The notes under the pieces are model-generated. The model was given only the letters and a program-made list of their open reading frames with translations. It made no database searches and was not told the DNA's origin. Positions 1 to 9,273 of a stretch of DNA of 64,000 nt are shown here, one piece after another (the first letter of the stretch is position 1; each line of letters begins with the position of its first letter). This DNA is from an uncultured Chloroflexia bacterium (lineage in GTDB: Bacteria; Chloroflexota; Dehalococcoidia; GIF9; AB-539-J10): positions 17,125 to 81,124 of the forward strand of contig CAVSBM010000010.1 in NCBI GenBank assembly GCA_963726175.1, given 5' to 3'. A program made the translations under genes and the position numbers.

Positions 1-60
1 TTGAGCCCGAGTCAGTACTCTACGAGCTCCTTCAGAAAACCTTTCAAATCCTGTGCTCAT
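1..60 (-). CDS. Clp-family ATPase chaperone (ClpC/ClpB-like), first 20 codons only; gene continues beyond the left edge
   Basis: Reverse complement of 1-60 reads ATG + MSTGFERFSEGARRVLTRAQ. This resembles the start of the Clp_N repeat (ERFxxxARRVLxxAQ) of ClpC-type chaperones. Only 20 codons are visible. Confidence 0.4.
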   Translation of the reverse strand, partial: MSTGFERFSEGARRVLTRAQ

Positions 61-191
61 TTCAGTCCTACTGGCAATTCTGTTCCAAAGTATAGAACAT
101 GCTACCTTTTCAGTCAACAAGCGGAGCTTACTTGAACTAATGCGTACAATGATAATATACTATAACACTACAGAATTACGGGCAAAGGTCA

Positions 192-746
192 ATGCAAATG
201 CGGGTAACTGGTGGCAAAATCAGAGGAATTCATCTGAAGACTCTACCTAGACGCTCCATTAGACCCACGACCAGTGTGGTGAGGCAAGCCATATTCTCCC
301 TTCTGGACAACAGCGCCGCTAATTGGCGCCGCGTTCTTGATTTATACGCTGGCACTGGTGCTCTGGGTATCGAAGCTTTAAGCCGTAGGGCAGAATGGGT
401 CGATTTTGTTGACTACAGAAGAAGTTGCTGTGACATTATCAGAGCCAACCTGGAAAAAACAGGCGAACTGCACCGGGCGCATATTTACTGTTGTAGTGTG
501 AGCAAAGCACTTGGCTTCCTAGAGAATAGTTATGACATCATCTTCATCGACCCACCTTACTCTGACCCTTCCACTGACAATCTGCTGATCAATATTGCGA
601 AATCAAATTTACTCAGAGAAAACTCCATAATTGTGCTTTGCCACGCAAATCGCTTCCCCCTGAATTCGGATTACGATGGCCTTCATCTTGTCAGGCAACG
701 CCGCTACGGTGACACTTTTATTTTCATATACCAAAAGGAGGTTTAG
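192..746 (+). CDS. rsmD: 16S rRNA (guanine966-N2)-methyltransferase RsmD
   Basis: 184-aa ORF. N-terminus MRVTGGKIRG...RPT is typical of RsmD. SAM-binding LDLYAGTGALGIE and catalytic DPPY (IFIDPPYSD) are present. The true start may be the Met at 198. Confidence 0.85.
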   Translation: MQMRVTGGKIRGIHLKTLPRRSIRPTTSVVRQAIFSLLDNSAANWRRVLDLYAGTGALGIEALSRRAEWVDFVDYRRSCCDIIRANLEKTGELHRAHIYCCSVSKALGFLENSYDIIFIDPPYSDPSTDNLLINIAKSNLLRENSIIVLCHANRFPLNSDYDGLHLVRQRRYGDTFIFIYQKEV

Positions 747-748
747 CT

Positions 749-1261
749 ATGGTCGTAGCAGTCTATCCGGGTACTTTTGACCCGCTCACCTACGGACACA
801 TGGATATCATCGAAAGAGCAACAGCATTGTTCGGTAGGTTGATTGTTGGCATCTATGAGAACCCTGCTAAACAGCCCCTTTTCCCTCTGGAACAAAGAGT
901 CGAGCTAGTGAAAGAAGCGGTAACTGGCTTGTCTAACGTACATGTCAAAGCTTTCAAAGGTCTGACCGTGGATTTTATACACCAGATAGGAGGAAGGGTT
1001 ATGATTCGGGGCCTGAGAGCAAATTCTGACTTCGAACGGGAATTTGAAATGGCGCTTATGAACAGAAAGCTGGCGCCGGACATCGAGCTACTGTGCTTAA
1101 TGACTAGCTCTCAATATCAATTCCTTAGCTCTTCTTTGATTAAGGAAGTGGCCAAGTTAGGGGGCTGCCTTGAGGGCATGGTGCCTGACCATGTCGCTGT
1201 GGCACTGAGAGAAAAGTTTAGCGTGCCTATTGGGGTTGCTACTGGTAAGCACAAAATGTAA
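749..1261 (+). CDS. coaD: Phosphopantetheine adenylyltransferase
   Basis: 170 aa. AVYPGTFDPLTYGH nucleotidyltransferase motif. Starts 3 nt after the rsmD stop, the common rsmD-coaD pairing. Confidence 0.9.
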   Translation: MVVAVYPGTFDPLTYGHMDIIERATALFGRLIVGIYENPAKQPLFPLEQRVELVKEAVTGLSNVHVKAFKGLTVDFIHQIGGRVMIRGLRANSDFEREFEMALMNRKLAPDIELLCLMTSSQYQFLSSSLIKEVAKLGGCLEGMVPDHVAVALREKFSVPIGVATGKHKM

Positions 1262-1296
1262 AATTAGTGGCTAAAAATTAAGGAGGTAATAGCAAG

Positions 1297-1563
1297 ATGG
1301 CATACAAGATTACTGAGGAGTGCATTAGTTGTGGTGCCTGCGAACCGGAATGCAAGAATGAAGCCATAACTGAGGGGGAAGAAATTTATGTTATTGACCC
1401 TGCCAAATGCACTGAATGTATCGGTTGGTTTGAATCATCTAAGTGTGTCGAGGTTTGCCCCGTGGATGCTTGCGTCTCTGACGCTGCCCATAAGGAAACA
1501 CGAGAGCAATTGTTGAACAAGTGGCGGAAGCTGCATCCCGGTAAGAATCCGGCCACCACTTAA
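1297..1563 (+). CDS. 4Fe-4S dicluster ferredoxin (YfhL-like)
   Basis: 88 aa with [11 protein letters not shown] and CTEC...CVEVCP cysteine motifs. AAGGAGG Shine-Dalgarno lies upstream. Confidence 0.85.
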   Translation: MAYKITEECISCGACEPECKNEAITEGEEIYVIDPAKCTECIGWFESSKCVEVCPVDACVSDAAHKETREQLLNKWRKLHPGKNPATT

Positions 1564-1571
1564 AGTAGACC

Positions 1572-2576
1572 CTACAGAATATTGCGGGCGAAAAGCCGTC
1601 TCGTGTAGTGAGGGATACTTCTCATATGATTCAAAGGTGATAGCTCGCTATAAGACCTTAGTCCGCAATAGCAGCTATTACATTGGTTAGTTCGGGAGAA
1701 TTTTTCTACCATCTCTTTCTGGGTAGCATATTTACTGCGGTGCATTGAACATGGAACAAGGCTTCCATCAGGCATTACAACAAGAGATCTTATGCCGGCC
1801 TTACAATCTGGCAAGTAACCTTGTTCAAAGAATTTCAGGGTATTGAGAAGTATAGCTTCAGCGTTGGCTACATGATTGTTTCGTTTTCTTAATGCTACGA
1901 GTTCGTTAATGACCTGGCGTAAAATTTCCAGATCTTCTCCATTATTGAGGCAATAGTCCAGGCTCCCTGTTCGCAACGGAGTATATGCACTATATGATAT
2001 GTCTACGTCCCATTCAGTGGCCTTTTTTGCCAAAGGCAGGACTTCCCTCACATTGGCTTTAGTTATAGCTGTGTTCAGGAGAACATCCCGAAACCCGAAC
2101 TTTGCTAGCCGGGGAAGAGTCTGTTCCAAATGCTTATAGAGACCAGACCGCCCTCGAAATTCATCCTGTCTCTCATCAGGAAAGTCAAGCGATACGGAGA
2201 ATTGATTCAGCCCGATTTCACGTAATTGTAGATAATTGCTCTCATTCAGCAGCATACCATTGCTAACGAGTATCAGATATGGTGTACCATCAGATTGCTT
2301 GACAGCCTTGATTATGGCTATCACATCTTTGCGCAGCAGTGGCTCACCACCGGAGAATATCGCTACAACTGGCCTCAGGCGTCGAGTTAAGTCTCCGTAC
2401 TCCTCTGGTTTGATTTGCTTTTCATCCTTTACAAACTTACCAAGGTCACAGTGGCGGCAATTGAGGTTACAGGAAAGTGTTACTTCATAACCAACTACTA
2501 GGGGACGCTTAGTTACATAGCTATGTATTCCTCTTCCGATAAGCTTCATAGCCTGCAACGGAGAAACGTTTGCCAT
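1572..2576 (-). CDS. Radical SAM enzyme with C-terminal Cys-rich (twitch/SPASM-like) region, paralogue 1; function unknown
   Basis: 334 aa. CNLNCRHC (CxxxCxxC) cluster motif, GGEPLL, and C-terminal CKAG...PC...CNSCYC. Clear paralogue of the adjacent 330-aa ORF. AGGGAGGA SD upstream. Confidence 0.8.
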   Translation of the reverse strand: MANVSPLQAMKLIGRGIHSYVTKRPLVVGYEVTLSCNLNCRHCDLGKFVKDEKQIKPEEYGDLTRRLRPVVAIFSGGEPLLRKDVIAIIKAVKQSDGTPYLILVSNGMLLNESNYLQLREIGLNQFSVSLDFPDERQDEFRGRSGLYKHLEQTLPRLAKFGFRDVLLNTAITKANVREVLPLAKKATEWDVDISYSAYTPLRTGSLDYCLNNGEDLEILRQVINELVALRKRNNHVANAEAILLNTLKFFEQGYLPDCKAGIRSLVVMPDGSLVPCSMHRSKYATQKEMVEKFSRTNQCNSCYCGLRSYSELSPLNHMRSIPHYTRRLFARNIL

Positions 2577-2648
2577 TTATCATCTTCCTCCCTTAAACCC
2601 ACTACTATGCAGTTACCTAGCATTGGGGAAGCGGTTGGTAAATATCTC

Positions 2649-3641
2649 TCAGTGAGAGATTATTTGCTCTGCGTACTTAGGGAAGTTCTTCACCTGACTC
2701 AAAAATGACATCTCAGTGTAGGACCTTATAGCGACGTAACAATTACCACATCGGTTGATTCGGGAGAATTTCTCTATCATCTCTTTTTTAGTAGCGTACC
2801 TACTGCGGTGGTGTGAACAAGGAACCAGGCTTCCGTCAGGCATTACAACAAGAAACCTTACGCCGGCCTTACAGTTTGGCATGCCCCCCTGTTCGAAGAA
2901 TTTCAGGGTATCTCGGAGGGTGAGTTCGGGATTAACCAGATGGTCATTCTGTTTTCTCAGTGTTATCAGTTCGTTAATGGCCTGGCGTAGAATTTCCAAA
3001 TCCTCTTCATTGTTGAGGCAATAGTCCCTATTCCCTGTTCGCAACGGAGTATATGCACTATATGATATGCCTACACCCCACTCAGTGGCCTTTTTTGCCA
3101 AAGGCAAGACTTCCCTCACATTGGCTTTAGTTATAGCCGTGTTCAGGATAATATCCCGAAATCCAAGCCTTGCCAATCGGGGAAGAGTCTGTTCCAAACG
3201 TTTATAGAGACCCGGCCGTTGTCGAAATTCGTCATGCCGCTCATCAGGGAAGTCAAGTGATACGGAAAATTGATTCACACCTGCTTCACGTAATTGCAGA
3301 TAGTCGCTCTCACTAAGCAGTGCTCCGTTGGTGACAAGTATCGCATATTGTACCCCAGCTTGCTTGATAGCCTTGACTATGTCTGTTATATCTTTACGTA
3401 GAAGCGGCTCACCACCAGAGATTTGCGCTGCAACTGGCTTCAGCCGTTGCGTCAAGTCTCGATACTCCTCTGGTTTGATTTGCTTCTCATCCTTTATGAA
3501 CCCCCCGAGGTCACAGTGCCGACAATTGCAGTTACAAGAAAGTGTTACTTCATAAGAAACTACCATAGGGCGGTTAGCTACATAATTGCGTATTGCCTTG
3601 CCGGCAAGCTCAATTCCCTGCAATGGAGAAATATTTGCCAT
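2649..3641 (-). CDS. Radical SAM enzyme with C-terminal Cys-rich (twitch/SPASM-like) region, paralogue 2; function unknown
   Basis: 330 aa. CNCNCRHC, GGEPLL, and C-terminal CKAG...PC...CGNCY. Collinear high identity with the 1572-2576 product. Confidence 0.8.
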   Translation of the reverse strand: MANISPLQGIELAGKAIRNYVANRPMVVSYEVTLSCNCNCRHCDLGGFIKDEKQIKPEEYRDLTQRLKPVAAQISGGEPLLRKDITDIVKAIKQAGVQYAILVTNGALLSESDYLQLREAGVNQFSVSLDFPDERHDEFRQRPGLYKRLEQTLPRLARLGFRDIILNTAITKANVREVLPLAKKATEWGVGISYSAYTPLRTGNRDYCLNNEEDLEILRQAINELITLRKQNDHLVNPELTLRDTLKFFEQGGMPNCKAGVRFLVVMPDGSLVPCSHHRSRYATKKEMIEKFSRINRCGNCYVAIRSYTEMSFLSQVKNFPKYAEQIISH

Positions 3642-3652
3642 TTACTATCCTA

Positions 3653-4582
3653 CTATTTGAAACCAATTACTGTACAGTAATCCAGTGTTGAGGGGTATGT
3701 TAACACGATCTTATTCATAATTTTGCCTAAACTAGAGTTAAGGGAAAATAGATTTCTTAATGGCTTGTACAATCTCGAATATTTCAATATTGGTATAAAC
3801 AGCATAAGTAAACCTACGGATTCTTTGTAACAGACAGCAGAAATGTTGTTGAACCCCGCATTTTCAAGGATGTTCGTAAGAGTCTTAGTGGTAAATTGGT
3901 TGATATGAAGCCTAGTGATACACCACCACCTCTTTTTCAAAATTCTTGCTGGTATCCCTTCAATATCCGGGGTCGTTATTACAAGCATCCCTCCCGGCTT
4001 GAGTATCCTATGAACTTCTTTGAGAACCATGACTGGGTATAGCATGTGCTCCAGGACGTGCCATAGAGTAACCACATCAAAATGGTTTTCAGGAAACCGC
4101 AGTTCTTCAAAAGGTTTCGCTTCTACATCTAAGCCGAACTCTTTTCTTGCATACGCTGCGGCATCCTGCGATGGTTCAACCCCTTTAGTAGCATATCCAA
4201 ATTTCGAGGCGTTAAACAGGAAAAAACCTTCACCACAGCCTATGTCCAAGAGATGTGCGCCATCATTATATTTCTTAACTAGTTCTACTTGTGATTCAGT
4301 AGCCCGTAAACGACTTTCCCTAATAATAGCGGCATCAACACTCTTCATTTGGGAGTAAGCTTCGTTAATATTACCTCCATTTTCGATAGGATTTACATAA
4401 ATCAGATGACAGTTCTTACACTTGACGTGTCTGCCACGCCTCTCCCCCCACAACATATATATAGTCTCCACCACTCCTCGAAAATCGCTATCTTCTAGAT
4501 TAGACTCAAAGAGCACCTCAAAATCATTTTGCCCACAACCGGGACAGTTGCGATATTCAAAATGTGAATCCATCTTATACAA
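3653..4582 (-). CDS. Class I SAM-dependent methyltransferase with N-terminal zinc ribbon
   Basis: 309 aa. CPGC...(x)...CKNC zinc-ribbon pairs at the N-terminus. Motif I LLDIGCGEGFF. Sits 11 nt upstream of rSAM paralogue 2. Confidence 0.8.
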   Translation of the reverse strand: MYKMDSHFEYRNCPGCGQNDFEVLFESNLEDSDFRGVVETIYMLWGERRGRHVKCKNCHLIYVNPIENGGNINEAYSQMKSVDAAIIRESRLRATESQVELVKKYNDGAHLLDIGCGEGFFLFNASKFGYATKGVEPSQDAAAYARKEFGLDVEAKPFEELRFPENHFDVVTLWHVLEHMLYPVMVLKEVHRILKPGGMLVITTPDIEGIPARILKKRWWCITRLHINQFTTKTLTNILENAGFNNISAVCYKESVGLLMLFIPILKYSRLYKPLRNLFSLNSSLGKIMNKIVLTYPSTLDYCTVIGFK

Positions 4583-4593
4583 CTCCTAAAGTC

Positions 4594-4980
4594 TCAAAGG
4601 CGTTCATCTCTTTGATAAGCAGCAGCCACAGCCTCAAGGAGGAGAGAACGGAATTCCCCTTTTTCTAGCTGAAGGAGAGCTTCGGCGGTAGTCTTCCCTG
4701 GCGAAGTGACCATGTTCCTCAAATCAGCAGGGTGTTTGGCCGTCCTCTCAACGCTACGAGTAGAGCCAAGTATAGTTTGTATCACCAATTCTTAAGCCAT
4801 ATCTCCAGGCAACCCAATACGAACGTCAGCATGGACGGGTGCCTCAACAAGAAAGACATAAGCCGGATCACCGCCGCTTAAAGTAGTAGCCATACCAAAA
4901 TATTTCTGATCGGTGACATGAATTTCCTCAGCCGAAGCACCTAGTACAATCTGAGCCAACCTTTTTCCCTCTTGGGGCTT
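4594..4980 (-). pseudogene. Remnant of the 3' part (about 130 codons) of a second pyrroline-5-carboxylate reductase gene
   Basis: Translation ...VIQTILGSTRSVERTAKHPADLRNMVTSPGKTTAEALLQLEKGEFRSLLLEAVAAAYQRDERL* aligns collinearly with the C-terminus of intact ProC (5855-6682). DNA similarity continues to about 4980. There is an in-frame TAA (ATGGCTTAAGAATTG on the coding strand) and no 5' half. Confidence 0.85.
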
Positions 4981-5022
4981 CTATCACCCCCGATTACATC
5001 GAGGCTGCTGAAATATTCATCC

Positions 5023-5103
5023 TTTCTTCACAGGCAATTGCAGATAATTGCTCTCATTCAACAGCGCTCCGTTGGTAACAAGTATAACTTACTATGTCCG
5101 AGA
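5023..5103 (-). pseudogene. Short internal fragment of a radical-SAM gene of the same family as 1572-3641
   Basis: The coding strand reads ...ILVTNGALLNESNYLQL. The DNA aligns with 2221-2300 and 3289-3350 of the two intact paralogues. No start, no cluster motif, and it directly abuts the proC remnant. Confidence 0.7.
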
Positions 5104-5132
5104 TTGCTTCTTATACTGTCGCCGGCAGTCCA

Positions 5133-5804
5133 TCATCTATCAGTGTATTTCCAGGCAATAACACTTGGAGCTATGGTGGGGAGAAAATAGCTAAATGCCG
5201 TACCAACCATGTAGATAATGTATTGAAGGGGCCTAAAGAACATGGGGGGAGAACTCCACCACCTGTCTCCTACAGTTAGGCCTCTTATACCTTTACCTCT
5301 GATAACAAAACCGCTTGCCTTTAGTTCCTCCAAACTCCAGACATATCTATGCTCCTCATAGGGATTCCCGTAGTAATCATGATGCACGCATTTGCGTATA
5401 GGGGTGGTTAACAAAATCGCCTCCCTCGATACCCTTTCGAGCTCGCGCAGAGCCTTTTGCCCATCCTCTTTATCGAGGTGTTCTAGCACTTCAATAAGAG
5501 TTATCAAATCAAATTGCTTATCCTTGATTGGAAGCGCCCTCATGTCTGCGCAGATGACACCTTGGTAAATACCTCTGCGATTGGATGCTCTAACATTAGG
5601 CTCAAAAATATCTAACCCTATCGCGTAGAAATTCTGAGTTTTGATAAGTTGTGAGACAGCGCCATATCGGCCACAACCTATATCCAGTATTTTGGCACCT
5701 GCCCTATTTCTAAACGCCTTCCAGATGGCCACGTCTCGCCCAAATGTGCTAAGGCAGAACAGAACCAGCCAATTTATCAAACCGTGTAAATGCGTGTCTC
5801 TCAT
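5133..5804 (-). CDS. Class I SAM-dependent methyltransferase (hydrophobic N- and C-terminal segments)
   Basis: 223 aa. Motif I ILDIGCGRYG, plus LIEVLEHL. Hydrophobic stretches at both ends. Lies directly downstream of proC. Confidence 0.75.
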   Translation of the reverse strand: MRDTHLHGLINWLVLFCLSTFGRDVAIWKAFRNRAGAKILDIGCGRYGAVSQLIKTQNFYAIGLDIFEPNVRASNRRGIYQGVICADMRALPIKDKQFDLITLIEVLEHLDKEDGQKALRELERVSREAILLTTPIRKCVHHDYYGNPYEEHRYVWSLEELKASGFVIRGKGIRGLTVGDRWWSSPPMFFRPLQYIIYMVGTAFSYFLPTIAPSVIAWKYTDR

Positions 5805-5854
5805 GGTTATCCTTGAACCGTGTTTTCAAAAGGCGAATCCACTGTAGAAAACTG

Positions 5855-6682
5855 TCAAAGGCGTTTAGCTTTTCTATAAGCTGCAGCTACAGCCTCCAGC
5901 ATAAGAGAACGAAATCTCCTCTTCTCTAACTGAAGAAGACCCTCGGTAGTGGTTCCTCCGGGCGAGGTAACCATGTTCCTCAAATCTGCAGGGTGCTTGC
6001 CCGTCTTCTCAACAGTGCGAGTGGAACCAAGCACAGTCTGTATCACTAGCGCTTGGGCTAAATCGCGAGGCAAACCAATATGAACACCAGCATCTATGAG
6101 CGCCTCGATAAAGAGAAAGACATAAGCCGGACCACTGCCACTTAAAGCCGTAGCCATGTCCAAATATTTCTCATCGGCAACGTAGATTTCCTTGCCCAGA
6201 GCACGCAGCACAATCTGAGCCAACTTCTTTTGCGTCTGTTCAACTGGGGCACTCGCCGTCCAAATAGTCATTCCCTCGCCAATTTGCGCCGGCATGTTAG
6301 GCATAGCCCGTATCACGTAGGAATGGTTCAGACCCCGCGATAGACTGGACACAGTGCCACCAGCCACTACAGATAGTACTAACTGGTTGGGCGTTAGACC
6401 TTTGATGTCATTCATCACCTGAGACAGATTCTGGGGCTTCACCGCCAGAATAATCAAGTCAGCATCTTTCACGGCCTCTCTATTATCGGGTGAAACTCTA
6501 ACTCCGTATTCTCTGCTCAATAATTCACGGCGCACCGGACTAGCATCGCTAACTACCATGTCCTGTGGCCCAGCCACCTTTTTAGTCAGAAGGCATTTAG
6601 CCATCGCCTCCCCCATAGCCCCGCCACCAACAAATGCTATCTTGATTCCCTTATTGCCTTTGCCACCTCGTGTTTCTGTCAT
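5855..6682 (-). CDS. proC: Pyrroline-5-carboxylate reductase
   Basis: 275 aa. Rossmann motif FVGGGAMGEAM and conserved C-terminal PADLRNMVTSPGGTT. The start overlaps the leuS stop by 4 nt. Confidence 0.9.
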   Translation of the reverse strand: MTETRGGKGNKGIKIAFVGGGAMGEAMAKCLLTKKVAGPQDMVVSDASPVRRELLSREYGVRVSPDNREAVKDADLIILAVKPQNLSQVMNDIKGLTPNQLVLSVVAGGTVSSLSRGLNHSYVIRAMPNMPAQIGEGMTIWTASAPVEQTQKKLAQIVLRALGKEIYVADEKYLDMATALSGSGPAYVFLFIEALIDAGVHIGLPRDLAQALVIQTVLGSTRTVEKTGKHPADLRNMVTSPGGTTTEGLLQLEKRRFRSLMLEAVAAAYRKAKRL

Positions 6683-9126
6683 GATGCTATCACAATGTTT
6701 ACCACTCGCCCGGGGACATAAATGACTCTAGTACGGCTCTTACCACTGATATAAGCCTTCACTCGCTCTCGACCAAGCGCCAACTCCTTCGCCTCGGCTT
6801 CGCTTATGGAAGCAGGTACAAGTACCTTATCACGAAGTCTGCCATTTATTTGAATGACTAATGTGATCTCTTCTTCCTTGGTTAGTTCCTCGGCATACTC
6901 GGGCCATGACTGGTTATGCACACTATAAGGATGCCCCGTTCTGTTCCATAACTCCTCGGCAAGATGCGGAGCACTCGGTGCGAGGAGACGGAGAAAATAA
7001 CCAATAGCTTCTTTCCATACAGAACTTGACACTACCCCTCTTTGTTTAATCTTGGATAGGTAGTTACTACATTCCATAAGGCTGGAAAGCATGGTGTTAA
7101 AGTGGAACTTTTCCAGATCAGCAGTCACTTCTTTGATGGTCTTGTGAGTCAGATGAAGCAATTCTTTCTCGGCTTCAGGATCAACAACGCGGCTAGTATA
7201 ATCCGTTGCTACTAGGCTCCAGACCCGGTTCAGCCACCGACTGATGCCTACAATGCCCCTGTCATTCCATTCCCCTCCCAGCTCCCACGGACCAATAAAC
7301 ATGACATACCCGCGAACCGCATCAGCTCCCAATTTGCCCACATATTCGTCAGAGCCAATTACATTGCCTCTAGATTTGCTCATCTTGTCACCACGATAGA
7401 TTATAGTCCCTTGATTGAATAGACGAGCAAATGGCTCATCAAACTCAACCAGGCCCATATCCCTTAATGCCTTGATGAAAAAACGAGCGTAGAAAAGATG
7501 CATGACTGCATGCTCGGCACCTCCGGTATACAAATCCACCGGCAGCCAATATTTCACTTTAGCGGCATCAAAAGAAGCACTCTCGGTTCTGGGACTGGTG
7601 TACCTCAAGAAATACCAGGAGGAACACATGAAAGTATCCATAGTGTCAGTCTCTCTTCGTGCTGTCCCAGAACATTTAGGACAGGTGGTATTGACGAATG
7701 ACTGACAATATTTAAGGGGGGATTCACCGGTCGGCTTAAATTCTGCATCGGGAGGAAGCAAGACAGGCAAATCCTCCTCGGGTACAGGCACTATGCCACA
7801 TTTGTCGCAATAGATCATAGGGATGGGTGCTCCCCAATACCTCTGCCTAGAGATGAGCCAATCGCGAAGGCGGTAAACAACTGTGCGCTTGCCCCATCCT
7901 TTCTCCTCCAACAAAGCGCAGATAGCCTCATAACCCTGTTCACTGGACAAACCACTGAACTCCCCAGAATTCACCATTGTACCTAACGCGGCATATGCCT
8001 CCGGCAATTCTTCACCCATCCAGCCTGGAGGAGCAATAACTGTTCGTACAGGCAGCTTAAACTTCCTAGCAAATTCCAGATCTCGTTCATCATGAGCAGG
8101 CACTGCCATCACTGCTCCCGTGCCATAACTTGGCAATACATAATCAGCAATCCAAATAGGCAATCTCTCTCCATTTATTGGATTAACAACGTAGCTTCCT
8201 AGAAAGACCCCCGTTTTCTCTCTCCCCAGTGCCACCCGTTCGTACTCATTTTGCCGCCGACACCAAGTGATATACTCGTCCACTTCAGCCTTGTGTTCAG
8301 ACCTCGTCAATCGAGAAACCAAAGGATGCTCCGGAGCTAGGAGGAAGAAGGTCACCCCAAAAACAGTATCCGGCCGAGTAGTGAACACTCTTATCTCTTT
8401 CTGTTCTATTCCCTCCTGTTCTAGACGGAAGGAAATTTCCGCCCCGTCGCTCTTGCCCACCCAGTTCTTTTGCATTATCTTTATGCGCTCCGGCCAGTCC
8501 AGACGATCATGGTCGAGCAGTTCCTCGGCGTATTCAGTAATTCTGAAAAACCATTGCTCGAGCTCTCTTTTGGTCACTGGTGTACCGCACCTCTCGCAAA
8601 CACCCTCCCCTATTACTTGTTCATTAGCGAGCACTGTCTGACATCTGGGACACCAGTTAACCGGCGCCTTAGCTCGGTAGGCGAGACCAGCGTGATAGAA
8701 TTTAAGGAAAAACCACTGTGTCCATTTGTAATAGCTAGGCAGACAAGTGATTACTTCACGGTTCCAGTCATATATTCCCCCCATAGTCTTGAGTTGGCGA
8801 CGCATATTATCTATGTTTCTCATCGTCCAGTCATAGGGGTGAATTCCATGGCTGATGGCTGCATTTTCCGCAGGTAACCCAAAGGCATCAAAACCCATGG
8901 GATGAAGCACATTGTAGCCCTGCATCCTTTTGAATCTGGCATGGGCATCTGCGGGCGCCATGGCATACCAATGGCCGATGTGAAGGTCCCCTGAGGTATA
9001 CGGAAACATGGTCAAGGCGTAAAATTTTGGGCGGCTAGTGTCTTCCTGCACATCATAAATGTGGTCGACTGCCCACCTCTGCTGCCATTTTCCTTCGATT
9101 TCCCGAGGGTTATACTCTTGGTTCAT
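6679..9126 (-). CDS. leuS: Leucine--tRNA ligase
   Basis: 815 aa. HIGH motif (DLHIGHWY), KMSKS motif (KMSKSRGN), and a class Ia editing-domain layout. Confidence 0.95.
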   Translation of the reverse strand: MNQEYNPREIEGKWQQRWAVDHIYDVQEDTSRPKFYALTMFPYTSGDLHIGHWYAMAPADAHARFKRMQGYNVLHPMGFDAFGLPAENAAISHGIHPYDWTMRNIDNMRRQLKTMGGIYDWNREVITCLPSYYKWTQWFFLKFYHAGLAYRAKAPVNWCPRCQTVLANEQVIGEGVCERCGTPVTKRELEQWFFRITEYAEELLDHDRLDWPERIKIMQKNWVGKSDGAEISFRLEQEGIEQKEIRVFTTRPDTVFGVTFFLLAPEHPLVSRLTRSEHKAEVDEYITWCRRQNEYERVALGREKTGVFLGSYVVNPINGERLPIWIADYVLPSYGTGAVMAVPAHDERDLEFARKFKLPVRTVIAPPGWMGEELPEAYAALGTMVNSGEFSGLSSEQGYEAICALLEEKGWGKRTVVYRLRDWLISRQRYWGAPIPMIYCDKCGIVPVPEEDLPVLLPPDAEFKPTGESPLKYCQSFVNTTCPKCSGTARRETDTMDTFMCSSWYFLRYTSPRTESASFDAAKVKYWLPVDLYTGGAEHAVMHLFYARFFIKALRDMGLVEFDEPFARLFNQGTIIYRGDKMSKSRGNVIGSDEYVGKLGADAVRGYVMFIGPWELGGEWNDRGIVGISRWLNRVWSLVATDYTSRVVDPEAEKELLHLTHKTIKEVTADLEKFHFNTMLSSLMECSNYLSKIKQRGVVSSSVWKEAIGYFLRLLAPSAPHLAEELWNRTGHPYSVHNQSWPEYAEELTKEEEITLVIQINGRLRDKVLVPASISEAEAKELALGRERVKAYISGKSRTRVIYVPGRVVNIVIAS

Positions 9127-9242
9127 ATTCGGTAAAGTTTAACCTAAGTCAGGGTGAATTAAAAGTCCCTCTCCGCTATTAGAAATCGACGCCAAATATG
9201 CCAAAGCAGAGAGACGCGAAGACAGACCGGCCTCCCGTACTG

Positions 9243-9273
9243 AAGAACAAAAGAAAGACTCTCCGAGGAGAGT
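9243..9273 (-). terminator. Intrinsic terminator-like hairpin plus U-tract inside the leuS upstream region
   Basis: The minus strand reads ACUCUC-CUCG-GAGAGU followed by CUUUCUUUUGUUCUU. It lies about 117 nt upstream of the leuS ATG and about 360 nt downstream of the small zinc-ribbon ORF. Confidence 0.5.

Noticed and set aside
1572-5132. RiPP-type precursor peptide for the radical-SAM pair
   Set aside because: The gaps (2577-2648, 3642-3652, 4583-4593) are too short or contain only the SD. The only small ORF in 4981-5132 is a 9-codon read-through of the rSAM fragment.
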